Origin: an uncultured Candidatus Rokubacteria bacterium
GTDB taxonomy: Bacteria > Methylomirabilota > Methylomirabilia > Rokubacteriales > DASRDR01
Direction: 5' to 3'
DNA: 64,000 nucleotides
Assembly: GCA_963708025.1 (NCBI GenBank)
Contig: CAVPSB010000013.1
Coordinates: 416,001-480,000 of the forward strand
Shown: positions 50,102-58,410 of the stretch, piece by piece
Layout: each line of letters begins with the position of its first letter
Numbering within the stretch: the first letter of the stretch is position 1
The notes under the pieces: model-generated
Told to the model about the DNA's origin: nothing
Database searches by the model: none
What the model saw: the letters and a program-made list of their open reading frames with translations, nothing else
Program-made: the position numbers and the translations under genes

Positions 50102-50365
50102 TCAACGCTTGGGGTGCTTGCGGCCGCGCCCTCTAGCGGGCTCCATGACCACCGTCTCCTCGTGCGCCACCGTATCCGCCGCATAGCCGATGGCCGCCTG
50201 GATGTCCGCGCGCGTGAGGCGCGGGTAGGCGTCCAGTAGATCAGCCTCCGTGGCCCCTTCGCTCAGCTTGCGCAGGACGAGCTCGACGGTGATCCGGGTC
50301 CCGCGAATGACGGGCTTTCCCAGCATGACCTTGGGATTCATCTCAATCCGATCGGTGATTGTCAT
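50102..50365 (-). CDS. DUF433 antitoxin-like protein
   Basis: NPKVMLGKPVIRGTRITVELVL...YPRLTRADIQAAIGYAA. Confidence 0.92.
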   Translation of the reverse strand: MTITDRIEMNPKVMLGKPVIRGTRITVELVLRKLSEGATEADLLDAYPRLTRADIQAAIGYAADTVAHEETVVMEPARGRGRKHPKR

Positions 50366-50927
50366 CCTCACCTCCGCGGCCAGCTTCTCTGTCAGGAGAC
50401 CCGCGAGCCGCACCCTCGCCGATGATTCTAAAGGATGAGTGGAGATGGGAAAAGGGGGATGCCGGCGGGGTGCGCTCCAATCAACTCGTCCAAAACGAGC
50501 GAGCTTTTCACTGAGTGGGGAGGTCCCGCCCGAACCCGTTGCGCCCGGGCTCTCGACTGAGGGCCGCTCAGGGCGCGCCCACTCCACAAAAGGGGGAGCA
50601 TCATTCCCATGGTCAAGGGCAGCGGATCGTCTTCCCCCATCTCCCCCCGGTCAGCAGGCATCGCGCCCGTCTTGGCCAAGGAGATACTGGCTTGTCTGAA
50701 GGTCATGGTCACGCCCTCCGTAGGGTGAGCAGGGTTGTTGTCGGCAGACCGAGAGCGCTCGCCGTGCTATGGCGGAGGCGGAGACCGGCTACTCGGGGGT
50801 ACCTCGGCGAACACAGTCCTCCCGACCGCGAGACGGAAGGCCGCCCGAGTTAGCGGCATTTGACATGGCCTCGTACGGCCTCTCGGTTGACACGCCCTGA
50901 GGTCGGGCGTAGGTTGCTCCCAACATC

Positions 50928-51137
50928 ATGGCGACCGGACGGCGAGGAGAGGCGAAGCCGTTCACCACCATCGCCGTCATCGTTCTTTCTTTGATAGCGC
51001 TCCTGCAACTGCTCCGCTTCGTCTTGAGGTGGGAGGTGACGCTCAACGGCGCGATAGTTCCCGTGTGGCTCAGCGGCGTCGCGTTTGTGGTCGCAGGCGC
51101 GCTGGCCGTGATGGTCTGGCGGGAAACCCGCCGGTGA
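50928..51137 (+). CDS. small 2-TM membrane protein
   Basis: KPFTTIAVIVLSLIALLQLLR...VPVWLS. Confidence 0.7.
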   Translation: MATGRRGEAKPFTTIAVIVLSLIALLQLLRFVLRWEVTLNGAIVPVWLSGVAFVVAGALAVMVWRETRR

Positions 51138-51758
51138 ACCGGCGGCCATGGCACGCGCTCGCCGACTCGTCCCGCTGCTTGCCGCGTGTACGCGCTTGCC
51201 GTACGGCCCCATATGCTTCGGTGGGGCGCTTCGGACGAGGAGGTGCGGCAGCCGTATTCAGGAGCCAACCTGATTCCCGGCGGCCAGCGGGGCGCGACGA
51301 CGGCCGTGACGATCGACGCCTCGCCGTCGCGTGTCTGGCCGTGGCTCGTGCAGGTGAGCTGCGATCGGGCTGGCTGGTACAGTTGGGACCGTCTCGACAA
51401 CGGTGGCGTCCCGAGCGCCGAGCGGATCCACCCGGAGTGGCAGCACTTCGCGGTCAAGGATCGCCTAGCGTCAACGCCGAGCGGGAGCGCCTGGTTCGAG
51501 GTCGCCGTGCTCGACCCGGATCATTTTCCTAAGTGCGTGCGGCGATCAACCTGCGCGGCGGGCGCCCTTTCGACACCGCGAGGCCGCGACCGGGGTTCTC
51601 CTTGGATGCTCCCTGCGGCTTTCAGCTCAAGGAATTACCCGGTGAGCGTATGCGGCTCGGGGTCAGCAGCTACGCTTCCGCTCGGCCGCGGCTCCTGCAG
51701 GGGAAGCCCATTGGGTCATGCAGACGCGCCACTTCGCGAACCTGAAGCGGCGCGCTGA
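51134..51758 (+). pseudogene. degraded SRPBCC-family protein
   Basis: RWGASDEE, TTAVTIDASPSRVWPWLVQ, RAGWYSWDRLDN; frameshifts and deletions. Confidence 0.75.
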
Positions 51759-51906
51759 AAGCCAGCGCGTGCGATCCCTCGAGTCAGCGCAGGATTGGAC
51801 TCGGAGCAGCAAGTGTCTCAAGAGTCCTTGGACGCGGGCGATCCACGGACCGCCTGTGAAGAGTACCTCTCGGTGCAGGAACAAACGGCGAAGACAGGAG
51901 GGTCTA

Positions 51907-52776
51907 ATGACTAGCTTCGCAATCGGTGCGGCGACGGTCACGCGGATCGAGGAGACCTACGAGCCCAACTTCGACGCGGCGAAGTTCTTCCCCGACTGGC
52001 GACCGGAGACGGTTCAGCAGCATAAGGACTGGATGTTGCCGCATCACTACGATGCTGCAAGTGGATTCTTAAAGCTTAGCGTACACAGCTGGCTGGTCCG
52101 GGTTGGTGGGCGCACGATTCTCATCGATACCTGCGTCGGGAACGGTAAGGCGCGACCGACCATGCCGAAGTGGCATCAGATGCAGACCGGCTACCTCGAC
52201 CGTCTGGCGGAGGCGGGAGTGCGCCCGGACCAAATCGATATGGTGATGTGTACGCACCTGCATTCGGACCACGTCGGCTGGAACACCAGGCTCGACAATG
52301 GTCGCTGGATGCCGACGTTCCCGAACGCGCGGTACGTGTTCAGCAAACTGGACTATGAATTCTACCGGACCCCTGCGCCAGAGAAGGGGCCCGCGTCACT
52401 CGCCGCCTTCCACGACAGTGTGCGGCCGGTCGTTGAGGCCGGCCTCGCACACATGGTCTCCGGTACCCATCAGGTGGACGAGCATATCTCCCTGGACCCG
52501 GCTCCCGGCCACACACCGGGCACCGTAGCCATTACGCTCGTCTCCCGCGGCGAGCGCGCTCTTTTCTCCGGCGACATTCTCCACCATGCCATTCAGGTTC
52601 ATGAGCCGACGTGGAACAGCGTCGGGTGCGTCGACGGGGTCAGTGCCCGGACGGGCCGACGCAAGGTGCTGGAGGAGTGCGTCGGTACTGGCGCCGTGCT
52701 GATGCCAGCGCATTTCGGTATCCCATTCGCCTGTCACGTTGACGCTAAGGGCGATAGGTTCGTCCCACGCTTCTAG
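51907..52776 (+). CDS. MBL-fold metallo-hydrolase
   Basis: CTHLHSDHVGWN, PGHTPG, FSGDILH, PAHF. Confidence 0.92.
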   Translation: MTSFAIGAATVTRIEETYEPNFDAAKFFPDWRPETVQQHKDWMLPHHYDAASGFLKLSVHSWLVRVGGRTILIDTCVGNGKARPTMPKWHQMQTGYLDRLAEAGVRPDQIDMVMCTHLHSDHVGWNTRLDNGRWMPTFPNARYVFSKLDYEFYRTPAPEKGPASLAAFHDSVRPVVEAGLAHMVSGTHQVDEHISLDPAPGHTPGTVAITLVSRGERALFSGDILHHAIQVHEPTWNSVGCVDGVSARTGRRKVLEECVGTGAVLMPAHFGIPFACHVDAKGDRFVPRF

Positions 52777-53174
52777 GAAGGCCCTGGGGGCGCTACCACT
52801 AGGATCACGCGGCGAGGCAAGTGACGACGGCTGGCAATGAGGGCCGGCCGGCGGCCTATGAAGGACCGTGATGACGCTGAATGGCTCGGCCAGACTCCCT
52901 GAATGAGAGCGATCTAGGGAGTCGGAGCCCACTGGCAGGACTTCGGTTGCAGCCGGGGTCAGTGAGAACGGCCGCCAGAGCGGTAAGATGCGTAAAGTCG
53001 GCCCAGGGCGGTGCTTGACCCTATAGGAGTCGTCGGGTAGGGTAGTCGCACCTCCCGGGTCCTGGGAGTTCAAGATGTCCTGGCAGGGTCTGCGGTGTTG
53101 TTCCGTGACGCCCTCGCGGTCAGACGACCGACGAGGGCGTTCGTGTCTCACGCTTGACGGTCAAGGAGGCAGCC

Positions 53175-53978
53175 ATGGTGTTGCGCGGCAAGCACGCACT
53201 TGTGACGGGCGGCTCTCGCGGGATCGGACGAGGCATCGTGCTCAAGCTAGCCGAGGAAGGGGCTCGCGTCGGCATCCACTACTACCGAAACGAGGCCGCG
53301 GCCAAGGAGACGCTGGAGCGTGTCCGGAAGCACGGCACCGACGGATTCCTCGTACAGGGGGATGTGTCGCGACCCGAGGACGTTCGTCGGATGTTCGCGG
53401 AGGTGAAGAGTCGGTTCGGAACGCTGGACATCTTCGTAGCGAACGCGCGCCCTGAACTGGCGATGTTCTATCAGAAGCCGATGGAGATCACGCTGGAGGC
53501 CTGGGATCACGCCCTGGACTCGCAGGCGAAGGCGTTCTTGGTTGGCGCCCGCGAAGCCGTCGCGCTAATGGGGGAAGGCGGGCGGATGGTGGCCATTACG
53601 TACGCGCCGGGCGGGCGCACCGGCACGTGGCAGCCCTGGGTGGCGATGGGCTCGGCGAAAGCGGCGCTCGAGTCGCTCGTCCGCTACTTCGCGGTGACAC
53701 TCGCCACGCGCGGTATAACGGTCAACAGTGTCAGTCCGGGGTTGACCGATGACAGCGTGCTGAATGGATTGCCTGATCCGGTGGTCCAAACGGCGCGGAC
53801 CTGGCACGCGAGCGGCTGGACCCCGATGGCCCGGATGGGGACCCCGGCGGACATCGGCAATGTCGTGGCACTTCTGTGCTCGCCGGACGCGAACTGGATC
53901 ACGGGTCAACTCATCACAGCGGACGGTGGCGCGTCGCTCGTGGACACCCATCTGCCCCTTGAAATTCAGCGAGGCTAA
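53175..53978 (+). CDS. SDR oxidoreductase (FabL-like)
   Basis: TGGSRGIG, GSAKAALESLVRYFA, ITGQLITADGG; W/M replaces the usual catalytic Tyr. Confidence 0.88.
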   Translation: MVLRGKHALVTGGSRGIGRGIVLKLAEEGARVGIHYYRNEAAAKETLERVRKHGTDGFLVQGDVSRPEDVRRMFAEVKSRFGTLDIFVANARPELAMFYQKPMEITLEAWDHALDSQAKAFLVGAREAVALMGEGGRMVAITYAPGGRTGTWQPWVAMGSAKAALESLVRYFAVTLATRGITVNSVSPGLTDDSVLNGLPDPVVQTARTWHASGWTPMARMGTPADIGNVVALLCSPDANWITGQLITADGGASLVDTHLPLEIQRG

Positions 53979-54364
53979 CGTATCGACGCTTTCCTAAGGC
54001 GGGGCCGTACGGCTGTACTCGGTCGTGGCCAGGAGCGGTAGCGACGACGCACGTTGATGCCGCTCTCCGCCCGCTTCACGATCGACACAGCAGCCGGTGC
54101 TGCTTCCGGCGAATGTGGGTCATTCAAAATGGGTTGGTCCCCGGATCAGACCGATCCAGGGTCACTCTCGGCGACTGATGGCGGTAGAAGATCGAACGGT
54201 GTCCTCGGGATGGTACGGAAGATCGTATTGTCGGCTCGAAAGCGACCACCGGATGCGTCGGCGGCGGCTCTGCCCACTTACTCGTAACGCTCCACCCGGA
54301 ACTGGAACACCCTAGAACTTACTGATCTAAGGACTGCCGCCTTCCGGGAACAGTAAGTTTCAGG

Positions 54365-54673
54365 GAGCCCAATAGGTTGACGGCGATGGCGAGCATTCCG
54401 ATCACCAGCGGCCACCGGTACCCGTAGCGGTCCCCAAGCGGCCCGACGACGAGGCCCAGGCCGGCGCTCAGCAGGACCATCAGCGTCACAACCTGCCCGA
54501 GGAGGGGGACCGTCGTGTGCAGGTCGCGCGCCATCGGCGGGTAGAAGGGGGTCGTGGCGAAGAAGTTGAGCGCTGCCAGGAAGGCGGCGACGCACAGCGC
54601 CGCGAGGAGGCGCCCGCCCACATGCCCGTCCGCGGCCGACGTCTTGCCCTTACTGACTGCGTTGCTCACCACC
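54365..54673 (-). pseudogene. N-terminal MFS transporter fragment
   Basis: LCVAAFLAALN, GPLGDRYGYR (motif A); homology stops at the repeat site 54344-54364. Confidence 0.75.
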
Positions 54674-54953
54674 GAACCGGCTCCCGCATTCACGTGAGAC
54701 CTTTCAGCGGACCCGGCCAAGCACCACCGATCTCTGGACTCTAACCTGGATCGATCTGATCCAGGGCCTATCGGCGGCTGCCCCAACCCGCAGTTCGCCA
54801 GGCGGTCCGTCGCGAGGCGCTGGAGGCCTCGATGAAGAAATGGCCGCGAACGGTTCCGGGATCACGAGGGCCTCACCGGCGGATGCCCCCAGACGAAGAC
54901 GTGAAGCCCCCGCGCCCGGGGCCACCCCGCTTCCAGTGGGACACCGCGAGTCG

Positions 54954-56939
54954 TCATGCTGCTACGATGAGGCTTGACAGCACGTACTGAGACACCGGCT
55001 TCACGAGGTGCGCGTCAAAACCGGCCTCTTTCGAACGCTGGCGGTCAGCCGCCTGGCCGTACCCAGTCACAGCGATGAGACTCGGTGTCTTGCCAGCCAG
55101 TGTCGAGCGCAACGTGCGGGCAACGTCATAGCCATCGAGACCGGGCAGGCCCAGATCGATCAAGACGACATCGGGTCGTTCGGCGAGTGCCAGGGCCACG
55201 CCCCGTGTCCCATCGCTCGCCTCGGCGACCCGATGCCCGAGAGACTCGAGCAGAAGACGCAGCGATTCGCGCGCGTCATCGTTATCCTCGATGATCAGCA
55301 CTCGCCGCGGCTGCTCGGGGATGGCCGCCGGCGAGGGCGGAGCAGGCGTCTGCACGAGCTCGAGTGGGAGTCGAATCGTGAACTGAGCCCCGCGCCCTCT
55401 GCCCTCACTCAGCGCGAGAATGGTGCCACCGTGCATTTCGATCAAGCGCCGCCCCAGGCTCAGCCCGATCCCCAGGCCTCCCGGTGACCGGCCCATCGGC
55501 CTCTCACCCTGCGCGAACAAGTCGAAAACGCGCGCGAGCAGTTCAGGTGCAATGCCGACCCCGCTGTCGGTGACCCGAAGGACCGCGTCGTGCCCATCCC
55601 GCAGGACATCGACATCGATCGACCCTCCCGGGGGAGTGTACTTGACGGCATTCTCCAAAAGGTTCGTGATGATTTGTTCGAGGCGGGTCGGGTCGGCGTT
55701 GACGACAACGGACTCGGCTCGGAAGGTGATGCGGTGCTCTCGGCCTTTGCCAGCCTCCCGCAGTGAGCGCACACAATGCCCAGCCACGTCGCTCAGGTTG
55801 AGCGGCTCACGCTGCAGAATGATCTTGCCCGCGGTCAGCCCCGCGACATCCAGGAGATCCTCAAGAAGCCGCGTGAGATGCTGGGTCTGACGATGAATGA
55901 TCTGCCGCAGACGAACGGCAGGCTCCTCCGGAGGGCCCCGTTGCCCGAGCACGTTCACGGCATTGCTGATGGCGGCGAGGGGGTTGCGCAGCTCGTGTGA
56001 GAGCGTCGCGAGAAACTCATCCTTCGCCCGGTTGGCCTCGGCCGCCTCCCGATACAGTTGCGCGTTCTCGAGAAAGATACCGGCCAGATCACTGATCCCC
56101 TGGAGCAGTCGGAGCTCGTCCTCACTGAACGAGCGACGCTTCGTCCACCAGATGACGAAGAAGCCGCCGACGGGTCGATCCTTGATACAGATCGGCACGA
56201 AGACATCGGATTGGTGTGGAAAGCGGCGGAAGCTCTCGGCGTCCACGCGAGAATCGCCGGACATATCGTCGGTCCACACAGCGCGTCGATGGAGCCAGGC
56301 CTCTTCGATGGCCGGATGATTCTTGATCGGGATCGGAAACCGCCGGAACGCGTTGACCAGATTCTTGGGGACCCGATAGCCAGCCACCGGTTGAAGCTCC
56401 TCGTGAGCGGGATCGGCAAGAAAGGCGCCTGCCATATCAGCGGCCAGCGCCCGAGCTATCTCACGCGCCACTCGTCGCATCGTTTCTGTGGGATCCAGCG
56501 TCGAGCTCAGCGTCCGGCTGATCGCCAGCAGCGTCGCGGTCTCCTGCAGTCTGAGCTGTTCGCGCCTGAGGAGGTCCGCTCGCTCCACCTCCGCATGCTT
56601 GCGGTCGGTGATGTCGCGCAGGATGGCAAGGTGGCGCCCGGCGAGGAAGTGGGCTCGCGCGCTGTACTCGACGTCGCGTAGCGCCCCATCAGCACGGACC
56701 ACGCGTAGCTCGCCGGTTTGCTGGCCGGTGGTGAGAAAGTCCCGCCAGGCGCCGTCGAGGTCCTGTGCAGGCGGCTCGAGTAGCTCGTCAAAGCGCCGAC
56801 CGAGGAGTTCGTCCGGCGGCAGGCCGAGCAGGCGGCAGGCGGCTGGGTTTGCATCGATGAAGGTGCGAGCATCATCGATGACCAGCACCGCGTCAAGTGC
56901 CGCCTTGAACAGCGCCTCGAACTCTGATCTGCTCGACAT
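54954..56939 (-). CDS. hybrid sensor kinase PAS-GAF-HisKA-HATPase-REC
   Basis: DEFLATLSHELRNPL, NLLENAVKYT, GLGIGL, VLIIEDN, DLGLPGLDG. Confidence 0.95.
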   Translation of the reverse strand: MSSRSEFEALFKAALDAVLVIDDARTFIDANPAACRLLGLPPDELLGRRFDELLEPPAQDLDGAWRDFLTTGQQTGELRVVRADGALRDVEYSARAHFLAGRHLAILRDITDRKHAEVERADLLRREQLRLQETATLLAISRTLSSTLDPTETMRRVAREIARALAADMAGAFLADPAHEELQPVAGYRVPKNLVNAFRRFPIPIKNHPAIEEAWLHRRAVWTDDMSGDSRVDAESFRRFPHQSDVFVPICIKDRPVGGFFVIWWTKRRSFSEDELRLLQGISDLAGIFLENAQLYREAAEANRAKDEFLATLSHELRNPLAAISNAVNVLGQRGPPEEPAVRLRQIIHRQTQHLTRLLEDLLDVAGLTAGKIILQREPLNLSDVAGHCVRSLREAGKGREHRITFRAESVVVNADPTRLEQIITNLLENAVKYTPPGGSIDVDVLRDGHDAVLRVTDSGVGIAPELLARVFDLFAQGERPMGRSPGGLGIGLSLGRRLIEMHGGTILALSEGRGRGAQFTIRLPLELVQTPAPPSPAAIPEQPRRVLIIEDNDDARESLRLLLESLGHRVAEASDGTRGVALALAERPDVVLIDLGLPGLDGYDVARTLRSTLAGKTPSLIAVTGYGQAADRQRSKEAGFDAHLVKPVSQYVLSSLIVAA

Positions 56940-57499
56940 CAGGAGAGAGAGATGTCAAGCGTGAAGGTAAGGAACCACATGTCGAGACCGCCTCGATAAG
57001 GCTAGTCCCGTCCGCAGCACCCGCTAGACGCACCCGCCTGTTCTGGATGCGCGATGATCTCATCTGTCCGCATCGGCATGCTCTCCAGGAATGGGGCCCG
57101 AGCGCTCGCGGTCTCCAGCGTCGGATGCGATCAGGGCGCGATGGCGGTGGCCGGCATGATCGATCCATGGCGCATCGACGATGCTACTCCGCCAATGACG
57201 TCGACACCGCGGACAATGCGCAGTAGGCCCGAGTTTATGCGGAGGGTGCGAGGATGTCAATTGAGAGGCGCGTGTAGGGGCCTCCCCCGATGTATCCGAT
57301 CGTAGACACCGCGGGACCCGACTTGCTCGGTCGGCCGCGGAGCCCAGTGCGCCCCTTTAGGGCGTTCAGAACCGGCCTCGCGATCCCGCTATTCGACCCG
57401 CCGTTCCGTCCACGGGTAGCAGCGCGCGCCACGCACGCTGCAACTCGTGCAAGCGGCCCCTTCCCGAGTTGATGTTCGCCTTCGCCCGTTCGGAGATGA

Positions 57500-58384
57500 T
57501 CATGGTTGAGCCATCAACGCTTGCAGCGCCGCGCGCCGAGGCGCGCCCGACCCCTTGATCTGCGTGCGATGCATCACGCGCCGCGCCTTCGGGTCGAATG
57601 CGTCCCGGCGATGCATCGTGGTGCGGTTGTCCCAGAGCACGAGATCGCCCAGCGCCCACTTGTGCCGGTAGATCGCGGCATCGGCGTACGACCAGATCTC
57701 GTCCAGGAGGCGCTCCGACTCCTCGAGCTCTAGGCCCATGATGTAGGCATTGCGTCGGCGACCGAGATATAGCGCGTTGTCGCCCGACATCGGGTGCTCG
57801 ATGACAATCGGGTGCGGCGTGCCTTCCGATACACGCGGATCTTCGGAAGCCGCCAGACCCTTGCGAAGATAGCCGCCGGAGTCGTACGTGCCGTCGTGCT
57901 TGATATCGAGCTGCTTGATCCGGCCGACCAACCGCTGCGGCATTCTCGCGAGCGCGGCCTTCATGCTGCAAAACCAAGTGTCGCCGCCCTCGGTCGGGAT
58001 TTCGAGCGAATACAGCATCGACGCATCCGGCGGTTGCGACACGTAGCTCATGTCCGTGTGCCAAGTCGCTTCGCCGTCGCCGAGGGCGCCGATCGGCTCG
58101 CCCTTCTCGTCGAGCACGTTGGACACGACGTAGATATCCGGATAGCCCGGAGGTGACTTGCGTCCGGCGCCCTGATTCGGGGGCGGGTCGAGCGTGCCGA
58201 AATGCTTGGAGAACGACAACAGATCGTCGTCGGTCAGTTTCTGGTTCCGGAAGATCAGGACGTCGTGGCGGTACCAGGCGTTCTTGATTGCTTCGATCTG
58301 CGCGTCGGTGACCGTCGCGAGGTTGACGCCTCTGACTTCGGCGCCGACGGTTCCAGTGGGAACGATTTCGAGTGCATCCGACAT
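57500..58384 (-). CDS. TauD/TfdA family 2-oxoglutarate dioxygenase
   Basis: WHTDMSY, GGDTWF, WDNRTTMHRR, RVMHRT. Confidence 0.93.
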   Translation of the reverse strand: MSDALEIVPTGTVGAEVRGVNLATVTDAQIEAIKNAWYRHDVLIFRNQKLTDDDLLSFSKHFGTLDPPPNQGAGRKSPPGYPDIYVVSNVLDEKGEPIGALGDGEATWHTDMSYVSQPPDASMLYSLEIPTEGGDTWFCSMKAALARMPQRLVGRIKQLDIKHDGTYDSGGYLRKGLAASEDPRVSEGTPHPIVIEHPMSGDNALYLGRRRNAYIMGLELEESERLLDEIWSYADAAIYRHKWALGDLVLWDNRTTMHRRDAFDPKARRVMHRTQIKGSGAPRRAALQALMAQP

Positions 58385-58410
58385 GTTGTCCTCCTTGGTC
58401 GGCGATTACT

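Larger units (their letters stand above)
44077..54765. repeat. dispersed family of 21-bp quasi-palindromic sites CYYGGAWC-N5-GWTCTAGG (13 copies)
   Basis: Starts at 44077, 45118, 46865, 47136, 47228, 49034, 49067, 49614, 52898, 54140, 54311, 54344, 54745; all between genes or at a gene break. Confidence 0.8.

Noticed and set aside
44077-54765. 21-bp sites as a CRISPR array or canonical integron attC array
   Set aside because: Spacing is irregular (tens of bp to kb), orientations are mixed, there is no cas or intI gene, and no RYYYAAC/GTTRRRY boxes with a paired central stem.
56940-57499. Possible ncRNA or small genes in the long spacer
   Set aside because: No recognisable RNA motif, cassette site or convincing ORF.
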